Source: Eledone cirrhosa
Lineage: Eukaryota
Assembly (NCBI GenBank): GCA_964016885.1
Contig: OZ024746.1
Location: 7,688,001 to 7,752,000 of the forward strand
Length of the DNA: 64,000 nt
Direction of reading: 5' to 3'
In this document: positions 12,153 to 24,880 of the stretch, piece by piece
Layout: every line of letters starts with the position of its first letter
Position numbering within the stretch: the stretch's first letter is position 1
The notes under the pieces: generated by a model
What the model saw: only the letters and a program-made list of their open reading frames with translations
The model's database searches: none
Told to the model about the DNA's origin: nothing
Program-made: the position numbers and the translations under genes

Positions 12153-12617
12153 CCTTAAGCTGTATTCAAAGAGATTAGGTGATACTTCAGCAGACTTGGA
12201 AAATTATGCAAGTCAGAACTTTCTGCATTCAGTAAATATTCGATATTCAAAACAACAAACAGCGAAAGACGCGTTCCGGACTTGTCCGACAGACAACCTT
12301 TTCCCCCCACCCCGGAAAAAAACCCCAGTTGATGGATGTGAATCCGAAATATATAGGGACTATTAAATCTCTCCCAAGGTAACTCTCTCTTGTGTTGTTA
12401 TTTTTATTTTTATCCTTTATACTCTTCCCTTCATTCTACACATCTCACACATCTTATACACGCCACGCATCTCAACGTACACCCACTTACATCTCTCTCT
12501 CCACCACCGGACCTTGTTACCCGGAGATTTACCCATTTTGCATTGTCGAGGCTTCCAAACGACTTAAAGATATTTACTTATTGTTCCACAATGCTTCAAG
12601 CAAACTTCAATACTCTC

Positions 12618-12623
12618 TTATAT

Positions 12624-12654
<31 letters not shown>

Positions 12655-12671
12655 CATACATATATATATAC

Positions 12672-12734
<63 letters not shown>

Positions 12735-12741
12735 TATATAC

Positions 12742-12804
<63 letters not shown>

Positions 12805-12811
12805 TATATAC

Positions 12812-12866
<55 letters not shown>

Positions 12867-12869
12867 TAT
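12618..12869. repeat. (TA)n microsatellite
   Basis: Direct inspection. Confidence 0.97.
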
Positions 12870-12924
12870 GCTCTCTCATTTGCTCTTGCTCTTACTTGAT
12901 GAGACTGGAAGGAGGGGGGGGGGT

Positions 12925-13080
12925 CATCTTATGTCAGTGATTCCAGAGTCATCATTGTGTGTAGAGCTGACTAGGTCTACCAGTGTCCTCCATCACTGGC
13001 AGTCCTGTACCAGCTCCTCTGTATCCTCTGGAGATCTTTCTTGATGACATCCAGCCATTTGGTGTGGGGTCTGCTATGGG
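12925..13080 (-). mobile_element. RTE LINE 3' fragment
   Basis: Reverse translation [16 protein letters not shown] resembles the RTE C-terminal GRP..W.D....DL motif. Confidence 0.55.
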
Positions 13081-13173
13081 ATATATATATATCAAACATT
13101 TTATATAGAAATGATTTCTACTATGTTCAGTTTTTGATGTTTTCACTCTAGTAATGTATTGAGTACCTTATTC

Positions 13174-13177
<4 letters not shown>

Positions 13178-13206
<29 letters not shown>

Positions 13207-13600
13207 ATGTCATCATCCTCACCACTGTTTAACGTCCATTTTCTACACTAGCAGGGGTTAGACAGGTTGTCCCATTTGAGGCATGTCGAGGTCAGATGAC
13301 CATGTCTTGCTCATACAGAACTGTTTCTGTCTTGGTTTCTGTGGCTGGATGCTCTTCCTAACGCCAACCACATTTACAGTGTGTGCTGGGTGTTTTTTGT
13401 TGTGACACCTACACAAACACTTTACAGTGTGTATTGAGTGTTTTTTGTCATGACACGCAACCACTACAGTGTGGGCTGGGTGCTTTTTCTCATAACACCT
13501 ACACAATCATTTTACAATGTAGACTGGGAACTTTTTGTCATGACTCTTACATGACCACTAAACAGTGTGGGCTGGATGCTTTTTGTTGTGAAACCAGCAC
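13178..13600 (-). mobile_element. RTE-derived 3' UTR/tail with an amplified ~48-bp unit
   Basis: (CAT)n tail, GGCTGGATGC.CTTCCTAACGCCAACC motif, repeated TACAGTGTGGGCTGGGTGCTTTTT..GACACC. Confidence 0.75.
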
Positions 13601-14444
13601 ACACACACACACATATATATATGAGCAGAAAACAAAATCATTGAGTTAATCAACTGCTGTATAATACTCAACTCTATAAAATGTTGAGTCATCTAATTTG
13701 AAGTCATCTTGTGTTTTTGCAATCATAAATAATTGGTTACTCAACTTGACTTTAGCAGCCAAACTACTTTCTTCTTTTGCTTCTTTCTTTCATTCTTTTC
13801 TTCTTTTTCTTCTTGTTTTCCTTTCTGAGTTCCTTCCTAGATACATGACACAGTAAAAGTAATGATTAGAACAAGGTCATTAATATCAGTTGGTGAATTG
13901 TGTGATAAGACACTTTAGGTTTAAATGTCAGCCAATACCAGTAGCTAAATAAATACTATAATAGTATGTGAATTCTATTTTTGTTTTAAATTTGTATCTT
14001 TATTGCCCTAACTTCAACTTGTGTCAAGGTCAATTTTTTAATAGATGATAAAGTAAATTACTAGTAGTAACTTGTATTTTGTAGACCCAGTCATTCAGTA
14101 ACACCTGTATCAAAGTATCTCATCAAATTAGTTTTATCTTGGACTTTATGTTTCACCTCTGTCATGTGTGGTAAATAGTAAAGCAGTTTTTTGGAAGGTT
14201 CTCTCTAATCTTGTACTCAGCGCAATAGGTGTATGAAAGAATAAATATTTTGTGCATATAATTAGCTATATTATTGGACAATAACAGTAAATACAAATAA
14301 AATCATGAACACTTCTTCCATTACAACTGGATGTTTGAACTTTTCTTTAACTCTTTCATTATCATATTTCTACACTGTCTATAATGTTCAAAGAATTGTT
14401 TAAATCATCAAGAATGTAGAAGGATTTAGTAAAGTAACTAATTT

Positions 14445-14635
14445 TGGTGGATTGGCAGTATCAGTAGAGTGTTGGACGCCATGCTTTGCAGCATAGAGTT
14501 ACGGCCCTTTATGTTCTGAGTTCAAATCCCGCCGAAGTTATCTTTGCCTTTCATCCTTACAGGGTTGATAAAATAAAGTACCAGTAAGGCACTGGGTAAT
14601 TGCTGGCCTTGTGCCAAAAGTAGAAATAATTATAT
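14445..14635 (+). mobile_element. tRNA-derived SINE family A
   Basis: A-box, B-box, core and tail all present. Confidence 0.9.
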
Positions 14636-14796
14636 TACTAAGTTCAACTGGGGCAAGTGAAGCTACATTCAGTCAAGAATACATGAAAACCTGAGTAATT
14701 GAGGGGTTGATACATGGACAAGAGTAAGGTAGATTCTGTGCATTTGGTGGCCATTGTAGCAAGAATGGAGGTGGTTGTTGTTAAGCCAATGTTGAG

Positions 14797-15730
14797 CAGC
14801 AACAACAACAACAACAACAACAACAATAACAACAGCAACAACAGCAGCAGTAGAACAACAACAATAACAACAATAACAACAGCAGCAGTAGCAACAGCAA
14901 CAATAACAACAACAACAGCAGCAGTAGAACAACAACAATAACAACAATAACAACAGCAGCAGTAGCAACAGCAACAATAACAACAACAACAGCAGCAGTA
15001 GCAACAGCAACAACAATAGCAACAGCAGCTGTAGCAACAACAATAACAACAACACCAACAATAACAACAGCAGCAGTAGCAACAACAACAACAACAATAA
15101 CAACAACAACAATAACAACAGCAGCAGTAGCAACAACAACAATAGCAACAGCAGCAGTAGCAACAACAACAATAACAACAGCAGCAGTAGCAACAACAAC
15201 AACAATAACAACAACAACAGCAGCAGTAGCAACAACAACAACAACAACAGCAACAACAACAACAACAACAATAACAACAGCAGCAGTAGCAACAAAAACA
15301 ACAACAACAATAACAACAGCAGCAGTAGCAACAACAACAACAACAATAACAACAGCAGCAGTAGCAACAACAACAATAACAACAACAACAATAACAACAG
15401 CAGCAGTAGCAACAACAACAACAACAATAACAGCAGCAGTAGCAACAACAACAATAACAACAACAACAATAGCAACAGCAGCAGTAGCAACAACAACAAT
15501 AACAACAACAACAGCAGTAGCAACAACAACAATAACAACAACAACAGCAGCAGTAGCAACAATAACAACAACAACAATAACAACAGCAGCAGTAGCAACA
15601 ACAATAACAGCAGTAACAATAACAACTAGAGCAGCAGCAGCGACAAATACTACTACTACTACCACCATACTGCCACACCACAATAACACCATACCACTGC
15701 ACCACCATAGCACCATACCACCATACCACC
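14797..15730. repeat. Compound trinucleotide tract (CAA/CAG/TAA/TAG)n
   Basis: AACAACAATAACAACAGCAGCAGTAGC motif recurs throughout. Confidence 0.97.
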
Positions 15731-15867
15731 ATATCACACTAAACTAGCAGCTATCTCTTCTAAGAGCTCCAGGCCAACTTCAGTGTGAAGTGTTTAGGGC
15801 TTCTGTCAAAATAATCGAGGTCAACAGGAGAATTTAGTTTTAGTCATCTTGCTATGAGTAATAATGT

Positions 15868-16416
15868 GGAGGTGTGTGGCCTAATGGTAAGGGTGCTGGA
15901 CTTAGGATCATAGTGTCATGGGTTTGATTCCTAGGCTGGGTTGTGTGTTGTGTTCTTGAGCCAAACACTTCATATTGCTCCAGTATACTCAGTGGAGGTG
16001 TGTGGCCTAGTGGTAAGGGTGCTGGACTTAGGATCATAGTGTCATGGGTTTGATTCCTAGGCTGGGTTGTGTGTTGTGTTCTTGAGCCAAACACTTCATA
16101 TTGCTCCAGTATACTCAGTGGAGGTGTATGGCCTAGTGGTAAGGGTGCTGGACTTAGGATCATAGTGTCATGGGTTTGATTCCTAGGCTGGGTTGTGTGT
16201 TGTGTTCTTGAGCCAAACACTTCATATTGCTCCAGTATACTCAGTGGAGGTGTGTGGCCTAGTGGTAAGGGTGCTGGACTTAGGATCATAGTATCATGGG
16301 TTTGATTCCTAGGCTGGGTTGTGTGTTGTGTTCTTGAGCCAAACACTTCATATTGCTCCAGTATACTCAGTGGAGGTGTGTGGCCTAGTGGTAAGGGTGC
16401 TGGACTTAGGTTCATA
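15868..16416 (+). repeat. Tandem array of 126-bp tRNA-head plus CORE-like SINE units (4.4 copies)
   Basis: Units start at 15868, 15994, 16120, 16246 and 16372; each has TGGCCTAGTGGTAAG (A-box), GGTTTGATTCC (B-box) and TGTGTTCTTGAGCCAAACACTT. Confidence 0.92.
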
Positions 16417-16439
16417 GTGGATGTGTAATAGAAATGTAG

Positions 16440-16620
16440 ATGAATGATGATGAAAGATCAATGAAGTGAGGCATAAGAAGAGTGAGTGTGCAGGAGGAAC
16501 CTGCAATGGTATGGATGTATATGGTGGCTAACAGCTACATAAAGAAGTGCAGGTTGGTTGAAGTTAATGGAAGAAGAGGAAGATCTGCAATTAAAGCTGA
16601 CAGAGGAGATGACACAGGTT
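16440..16620 (+). mobile_element. Degraded RTE ORF2 3' fragment
   Basis: GIRR..WYG..NSYIKKCRLVEVNGRRGR resembles 55560-55700. Confidence 0.55.
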
Positions 16621-16756
16621 GGAGTTCACTCTACTGTAGACTCATCTTCTCATGCATACAGGAGCTTGGAGAGCACAGTGGTTTGCACCCATCTCCCTTC
16701 AACACGTTCCCTCATCTTAATAATCTCATGTCACCACTCTCTTCATTATCTAAGAT

Positions 16757-16948
16757 GGCGGTGGATTGGCAGTATTGGTAGAGGGTCGGATGCCATGCTT
16801 TGACGCATAGAGTTACGGCCCTTGCCATTCTGAGTTCAAATCCCACCGAGGTTAACTTTGCCTTTCATCCTTACGGGGTCGATAAAATAAAGTATCAGTA
16901 ATGCGCAGGGATAATTGCTGGCCTTGTGCCAAAAGTAGAAACAATTAT
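16757..16948 (+). mobile_element. tRNA-derived SINE family A
   Basis: Full head, core and tail; ATTATCTAAG on both flanks (TSD). Confidence 0.92.
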
Positions 16949-17386
16949 CTAAGTACCCCATATTATCCCCCTCCCCAATTACTTCCTTCCTCCCCACCCT
17001 GCTTCTCCAACTCTGACCAACTCCCCCTTCATCCCTACTCCTAGCTCAGCCAAACCCATACAAACAAAAATATAGATACCCTCTTCCATATCGAACCTGT
17101 ACCAACATATAAGGTGGTTGTACTGGTACTACAACCTCAAAACACCCAGACCACCCACTAAAGAGGTGGTGGTGTTATTTTAAAAGCTCCCATTAAAATG
17201 CTGTAATGTGGAAGATGTTAGGAAAGGCATCCAGCCATAGAAAACCAAGCCAAAGATGGATGGCATGAGCAAGACTTGATTACTTCACCTGTCTCACCTC
17301 ATAACGTGATATCCAGTTTAACTCAGGTAAGCATAGAAAATAGACTTTACTCTACTGAAATAGCGTTTATATATATTCTTTATTAT

Positions 17387-17575
17387 GGTGGATTGGCAGT
17401 ATCAGTAGAGGGTCGGACGCCATGCTTTACAGCATAGTTACGCCCCTTTACGATCTGAGTTCAAATCCCGCCGAGGTTGACTTTGCCTTTCATCCTTACG
17501 GGGTCGATAAAATAAAGTACCAGTAATGCACTGGGTAATTGCTGGCCTTGTGCCTAAAGTAGAAACAATTATAAT
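17387..17575 (+). mobile_element. tRNA-derived SINE family A
   Basis: Near-identical to 41741-41932. Confidence 0.92.
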
Positions 17576-17581
17576 TAAGTG

Positions 17582-17685
17582 ATGTTACTCTAGAGTTTCA
17601 CCTATGTACTCACAGAATCATCAGACATGATGTCTTGTGTGATAATCCATGTGAGTAAACAGGTGAAACTCCAGAGTAACAAGAC
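17582..17685. ncRNA. Fold-back pair of type I hammerhead motifs
   Basis: Minus 17582-17628: ATGT-CTGATGA-stem II-GAAA-CTCTAGAG-TA-ACAT. Plus 17632-17685: GTCTTGT-GTGATAA (mutated)-stem II-GAAA-CTCCAGAG-TA-ACAAGAC. Confidence 0.65.
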
Positions 17686-17728
17686 TCATCACTTAACCAT
17701 AATATATAAGTGCACACATACGTGCATA

Positions 17729-18114
17729 TCTCTATATATAAAGTTGTAGTTCTTGTCTGTTTGTTTGGTTGTTTGTTCATAAACTCCTCCTATGGTTTTG
17801 GAGATAGACCCCCATAAGCATATATATTCTGAAACTACATTGCCCAGGGTACTTGGATAAGTATATTTCATTTTAATCAAAGGGTTCCCCTGGAGCACAA
17901 AACCCCACTATTTCCTTCGATTTATATGAAATTTGAACCATAGGTAAATGACAAGATATGATGTCTATTCACAAAATTTCAGCAAATTTCAATAATATTA
18001 AGACACCCTAATGGAGTTTTTCTCCATAAATTATATCACTGATTTAAAATCAATCACCATTTTCTTACAAAAAAAAATGTGTGAAACGCAGCAAGGCTCG
18101 GGCAATTCAGCTAG
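17729..18114 (+). mobile_element. Non-autonomous Helitron-like element 4
   Basis: A|TCTCTATATATAAAG start, (TGTT)n, 3' GCAGCAAGGCTCGGGCAATTCAG-CTAG|T. Confidence 0.6.
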
Positions 18115-18145
18115 TTGTATATATCTAAATACCCCCTACACACAC

Positions 18146-18184
<39 letters not shown>

Positions 18185-18233
18185 CTCATAGGAGCAAGAC
18201 ACGATCACCTGATCTGACTTGTTTTATATAACA

Positions 18234-19491
18234 CTAGCATTAAAGCCCGGTGTTGCTCAGGGTCAGTAAGTTACCAAAGTTAGCTTGCACCACCCATTTT
18301 ATGGCAGCACTTTTTTGTCTGCCAGACACTGGGTGAATGAATTGCAGACCTGGACTGCCGAAGCAGGAGCTGCGCCAGCAGTGACAATTGTAGTTTCGCC
18401 TATGGATATTATCTCTGTGCAAAGAAGTGTTGAAATTTATTGTTTCACAGTACTTGCGCAACACGCGCGTAGACGATGCCAGCCGAACAACAGAGCTGCG
18501 ATGGTTGTCTAATGTGTGTTTTCTAAATTTAAGACAGTAGGGAGGGGTGTGATATGGGGGAGAGTTAGCTGCTGTTTCTAGCAGGTTTAATGACCTCATA
18601 GAGGATATGTGTTTTCTAAATTTAAGATAGTAGGGAGGGGTGTGATATGGGGGAGAGTTAGCTGTTGTTTCTAGCAGGTTTAGTGACCTCATAGAGGATA
18701 TTATTGTGTATAGTAAATAAACTAATACTTCTTTCTTCCACGTTCGTTGAGAGATGTTTTAAAAAAGATTTATCGCTATTTTTTTTGTTGTTGAATAAAT
18801 TTATCTGTTGCTTTTGAATAATTGTTGTTTGGTATGAAATGTAATAATCTTCGTTGTCATTGAAGTAAATAAATGTTTGACCATTCCACACTCGTTCTCT
18901 CTCTCTCGCTCGCTTCTCTCTGTCTCTCTCTCCTTCATTTCTTTCTCTCTTCTTTCTTCGACGTTCCTAAAGGAAGTTTGTAAGTTTAAGCGTATATAAG
19001 AGAAAGTTGCAGCATGTATGTAGTTTTGTCGAATTTTAAGGGGAGTAGAGAGAAAAAATCAGATTGTATTAGAGGGGTAAAGCGTCATTATTTAGTTTTA
19101 TAAGGGCGGTGAATTGGCAGTATCGGTAGAGGGTCGGACGCCATGCTTTGACGCATAGAGTTACGGCCCTTGCTATTCTGAGTTCAAATCCCGCCGAGGT
19201 TAACTTTGCCTTTCATCCTTACTGGGTCGATAAAATAAAGTACCAGTAATGTACTGGGTAATCGCTGGCCTTGTGCCCAAAAGTAGAAACAATTATTTAG
19301 TTTTATCGATTATTTCCGTAATTGTGGGTGACTTTGAAATAAATAAATAGTCGTTGACTTAAGTTAGACTATTTACAACATTCATACAGACTTTGAGTCG
19401 AATCGGTTTGAAATTGTACAAATGTATAAACATGGAACATGCACACACACACACACACACACAACAACAACAACAATCTGCCTTTTATAGA
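18234..19491 (-). mobile_element. Non-autonomous Helitron-like element 5 with nested insertions
   Basis: Minus-strand TCTATAAAAGGCAG start and CCTGAGCAACACCGGG..CTAG|T end; contains a ~96-bp tandem duplication (18510-18700) and a SINE. Confidence 0.55.
19102..19291 (+). mobile_element. tRNA-derived SINE family A with 15-bp TSD
   Basis: ATTATTTAGTTTTAT at 19087-19101 and 19292-19306. Confidence 0.93.
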
Positions 19492-19601
19492 TAATTGTTT
19501 CTACTTAAGGCACAAGGCCAGCAATTATCTCAGTGTATTACTGGTACTTTATTTTATCGACCCCGTAAGGATGAAAGGCAAAGTCAACCTCGGCGGGATT
19601 T
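19492..19601 (-). mobile_element. 5'-truncated SINE family A
   Basis: Reverse complement of the core and tail. Confidence 0.88.
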
Positions 19602-19731
19602 ATAGATAATGATGACAATCTTTCTGGAAAAATGGATGTTAAACTATGATGATGATGATGATGATAAATACATAGAGATAGATAGATAGATAGATAGATA
19701 TATCATTAATCTCTGGCACTGAGTACTCATT

Positions 19732-22570
19732 CTCACACACATACATACACACAAATGTGTACCACCCCACACACACACATACATACATACACACAAATGT
19801 GTACCCCCCACACATATACATACATACACACAAATGTGTACCCCCCCACACACATACATACATACACACAAATGTGTACCCCCCACACATATACATACAT
19901 ACACACAAATGTGTACCCCCCCCACACACATACATACATACACACAAATGTGTACCCTCCCACACATATACATACATACACACAAATGTGTACCCCCCCA
20001 CACACATACATACATACACACAAATGTGTACCCCCCCCACACACATACATACATACACACAATTGTCTACCCCCACACACATACATACATACACACAAAT
20101 GTGTACCCCCCACATACATACATACACACAAATGTCTACCCCCACACACATACATACACACAAATGTGTACCCCCCCTACACACATACATACACACACAC
20201 AAATGAGTACCCCCCCACATACATACATACACACAAATGAGTACCCCCCCCCACATACATACATACACACAAATGAGTACCCCCCACACATACATACATA
20301 CACACAAATGTGTACCCCCCACACACATACATACATACACACAAATGTGTACCCCCCCACACATACATACACACACACAAATGTGTACCCCCCTCCACAC
20401 ATACATACACACAAATGTGTACCCCCCACACACATACATACATACACACAAATGTGTACCCCCCACACACATACATACATACACACAAATGTGTACCCCC
20501 CCACACATACATACACACACACAAATGTGTACCCCCCTCCACACATACATACACACAAATGTGTACCCCCCACACACATACATACATACACACAAATGTG
20601 TACCCCCCACACACATACATACACACACACAAATGTGTACCCCCCACACACATACATACATACACACAAATGTGTACCCCCCACACACATACATACATAC
20701 ACACAAATGTGTACCCCCCTCCACACATACATACACACAAATGTGTACCCCCCACACACATACATACATACACACAAATGTGTAACCCCCACACACATAC
20801 ATACATACACACAAATGTGTACCCCCCCACACATACATACACACACACAAATGTGTACCCCCCACACACATACATACATACACACAAATGTGTACCCCCC
20901 CACACACATACATACATACACACAAATGTGTACCCCCCCACACATACATACACACACACAAATGTGTACCCCCCACACACATACATACATACACACAAAT
21001 GTGTACCCCCCCACACACATACATACATACACACAAATGTGTACCCCCCCACACATACATACACACACACAAATGTGTACCCCCCACACACACACATACA
21101 TACACACAAATGTGTACCCCCCACACACATACATACATACACACAAATGTGTAACCCCCACACACATACATACATACACACAAATGTGTACCCCCCCACA
21201 CATACATACACACACACAAATGTGTACCCCCCACACACACACATACATACACACAAATGTGTACCCCCCACACACATACATACATACACACAAATGTGTA
21301 ACCCCCACACACATACATACATACACACAAATGTGTACCCCCCCACACATACATACACACACACAAATGTGTACCCCCCACACACACACATACATACACA
21401 CAAATGTGTACCCCCCACACACATACATACATACACACAAATGTGTAACCCCCACACACATACATACATACACACAAATGTGTACCCCCCCACACATACA
21501 TACACACACACAAATGTGTACCCCCCACACACATACATACATACACACAAATGTGTACCCCCCACACACATACATACATACACACAAATGTGTACCCCCC
21601 ACACATACACACACACAAATGTGTACCCCCCACACACATACATACATACACACAAATGTGTACCCCCCACACACATACATACATACACACAAATGTGTAC
21701 CCCCCACATACATACATACACACAAATGTGTACCCCCTACACACATACATACACACACACAAATGAGTACCCCCCCACATACATACATACACACAAATGA
21801 GTACCCCCCCCCACATACATACATACACACAAATGAGTACCCCCCACACACACATACATACACACAAATGTGTACCCCCCCACACACATACATACATACA
21901 CACAAATGTGTACCCCCCCACACATACATACACACACACAAATGTGTACCCCCCTCCACACATACATACACACAAATGTGTACCCCCCCACACACATACA
22001 TACATACACACAAATGTGTACCCCCCACACACATACATACATACACACAAATGTGTACCCCCCACACACATACATACACACACACAAATGTGTACCCCCC
22101 ACACACATACATACATACATACACACAAATGTGTACCCCCTCCACACATACATACATACACACAAATGTGTACCCCCCCCCACACATACATACATACACA
22201 CAAATGTGTACCCCCCCACACACATACATACATACACACAAATGTGTACCCCCCCACACACATACATACATACACACAATTGTCTACCCCCACACACATA
22301 CATACACACACACAAATGTGTACCCCCCCCACACATACATACACACACACAAATGTGTACCCCCCCCACACATACACACACACAAATGTGTACCCCCCCC
22401 CCCACACATACATACATACACACAAATGTGTACCCCCCTCCACACATGCACACAAATGTGTACCCCCCCCACACACACACACATACACACACATGTGTAA
22501 ACCCCCCCCCACACACACACATACATGCACACAAATGTGTACCCGCCCCTCCCCCTACACACACACACAT
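19732..22570. repeat. Minisatellite, ~32-40 bp unit, about 2.8 kb
   Basis: CAAATGTGTA-C(5-11)-(AC/ATAC)n repeated roughly 75-80 times. Confidence 0.97.
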
Positions 22571-22842
22571 GCACACAAATGGGTACTCCCCCTCACAGAC
22601 ACAAACACATGCACACCACTCCCATACATATATGTGTCCACAGCCTCTACACACACGCGTGCCCCCACGTGAGTACTCCCCCACCCACCCCGCTGGTGGT
22701 TGGACTGACTGTTGGTGCTGATGTTGACCTTTCCAGTTGTTTGTCCACCTGAACTTAACGACTGAATGATTGTCCCAAAGTCACGTGTAGTTGGTCACGT
22801 GATTCTCAGGCTGAGTCAATGTGGCACTGTTTTATAGACACG

Positions 22843-22888
<46 letters not shown>

Positions 22889-23011
22889 TATATACACACA
22901 CACATGTATATATATCTATATATATATATATATATATACACACACATATATATACACACACATGCACATATATATATATATATATATATAAATACACACA
23001 CACACACATGC

Positions 23012-23354
23012 ACATGGCTTAGTGGTTAGAGCATTGACCTTGCAATCGAAAGGTTGTGAGTTTAATTCTCAGACCGCGTGATGTGTTGTTTCCTTGAGCA
23101 AGACACTTTATTTCACATTGCTCCAGTTTACTCAGCTGTAGAAATGAGATGATAGGGACTGGGGTCCCTATCATTCCACTGCAAAGTGGTTGTGGAGGTC
23201 CCACGAAAAAAAAAAAAAGCACCCAGCACTCACTGTAAATGAGGTTGGTGTTAGGAAGGGCATCCAGCTGTAGAAATCAAGCCAGAATCAGTTCCCGTCT
23301 CACCCTTGTAAGCAGGGAGAAGCGGACGTAAAATGAAATGATGATGATGATGAT
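23012..23354 (+). mobile_element. tRNA-derived CORE-like SINE family B with RTE-type tail
   Basis: TGGCTTAGTGGTTAGAGC head, CCTTGAGCAAGACACTTTATTTC core, GGTGTTAGGAAGGGCATCCAGCTGTAGAAA and (GAT)n tail; paralogue at 53540-53865. Confidence 0.88.
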
Positions 23355-23403
23355 ATATACAATGATATTAAATAAATGGAAACTATATTTATAAAACCAT
23401 ATT

Positions 23404-23465
23404 TATTCTATTATATATATTTCAAGTGAACCAAAAATTTTGGTACGCTATCATCAGATAAAATA
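23404..23465 (-). ncRNA. Type I hammerhead motif in a Penelope-like remnant (23360-23640)
   Basis: TATTTTAT-CTGATGA-[TAGCGTACCAAAA T TTTTGGTTCACTT]-GAAA-TATATA-TA-ATAGAATA. Confidence 0.7.
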
Positions 23466-23722
23466 CAAAATGTTTTATAAATATTTGACATGACCAAGGA
23501 TAAAATACCTTAACGGTTCAAGTTATCCCTGGAAAGTTTAATATCATTGAATACTTACTCCAGAAAGCTGTTGAGTGCTCTGAATCAGTTGTAAACATCT
23601 ATATTTGTTGGATTTCCAACAAATTAAATATCTCTTCTACATATATATTTATATATATATGTATGTGAAAGGTAAACAGGAATAACAACACAATCGGTAT
23701 GCTAGAAATAGCAGGAAGAGGG

Positions 23723-23758
23723 TCTTAACGTTTCGGATGCTAGTCCTTCATCAGAAGA
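23723..23758 (-). ncRNA. Minimal type I hammerhead ribozyme (intact core)
   Basis: TCTT-CTGATGA-A-GGA/CTAGCA/TCC-GAAA-CG-TT-AAGA; palindromic ACGT helix III, typical of Penelope-type minimal HHRs. Confidence 0.78.
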
Positions 23759-23964
23759 AAGAATGAGAAATAAGATAGATTGAGGGGATGGGCGGGTTGG
23801 AATTGGAAAAAATGTCTTTAGATTAAAATAACAGGCCCATTATATATACACACACATATATATATATATACACACACACATATATATATTTCATCATCAT
23901 CATTATTTAACGGCCACTGTTTTATTTGAGGGTTTTCCTAATCCAATTGGAAAATCCATTCTTA

Positions 23965-24240
23965 ATGGTGGTGGTGGTGGTGTTGGTGGTGCTAGAGGTA
24001 GTGTTGGTGGTAGTGGTGGTGTTGGTGTTGGTCATGGTGGTGGTGGTAGTGGTGGTGGTGGTTTGTGGTGGTGGTGCTAGAGGTGTTGTTGGTGGTAGTG
24101 GTAGTGGTGGTGCTAGAGGTGTTGTTGGTGTTGGTCGTGGTGGTGGTGGTGGTGTAAGAGGTGGTGCTAGAGGTGTTGGTCGTGGTGGTGGTGGTGGTGG
24201 TGGTGTACGAGGTGGTGGTGTACGAGGTGGTGTAGATGTG
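23965..24240. repeat. (GGT)n tract
   Basis: Direct inspection. Confidence 0.9.
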
Positions 24241-24314
24241 GTCTGTAAAGGTTGTGAGTTGAGGACTTTGTTTAATTGTCAGTTTTACTGATTACCACCA
24301 AAGATAATGGGGAG

Positions 24315-24346
<32 letters not shown>

Positions 24347-24719
24347 GTGGAACAAGATAGAATATGGGAGCAAGAGAGAGAAAGAGAAGCAATATCAAAA
24401 GGGGTAGAGAGGGGGGAGGGGGGAGAAAACATTATGAGAGAAGATTGTCATTTTTTTTTGTAATCTATCTTATTCTATTTCAATTCTTTTTTCTTTCCTT
24501 TTGTTTGATTTGTGAAGTAAAAATAGAAGACAGGTTGTTTCTGTCTCTGGACAACTAGAAACACTGTCAGACAATTGTGATTATTACTCTTTGCTTCACC
24601 TTGTGAAAGATATTGCCCAGAGTTGTGAAACACACACATAAACACACACATACATCCACATATACATATATATACACAGACACATACATATACCTATATA
24701 TATGATATATATATATATC

Positions 24720-24880
24720 TCTAAGGCGGGTAAAATTCCCGAGATCCATGGACGAGTTCTCTCCAGCGGTCTCTGTCCCTCATTATCGCTGCCATGTCCT
24801 ACGTCTCCAACAGACCAGTGTCTGTCCTTAGGGCATCAACATATGTTAACCTTGGTCTTCCTCTTCTAGTGAGTCCATAT
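24720..24880 (-). mobile_element. RTE-like LINE family 2, 3' end
   Basis: GLTRRGRPRLTYVDALRTDTGL..MRDRDRWRELV; near-identical copy at 53997-54172. Confidence 0.8.

Noticed and set aside
14644-15737. Poly-Cys, poly-Leu or mucin-like ORFs
   Set aside because: Trinucleotide microsatellite; no domain or convincing splice context
15868-16416. tRNA gene cluster or CRISPR-like array
   Set aside because: Units are tRNA-like SINE heads fused to a CORE-like segment; no clean cloverleaf or terminator, no unique spacers, no cas genes
19639-22721. Up to 963-aa ORFs
   Set aside because: Minisatellite translation artefact
24510-24640. Possible plus-strand exon VVSVSGQLETLSDNCDYYSLLHLVKDIAQS
   Set aside because: Weak splice donor, runs into a CA repeat, no recognisable homology
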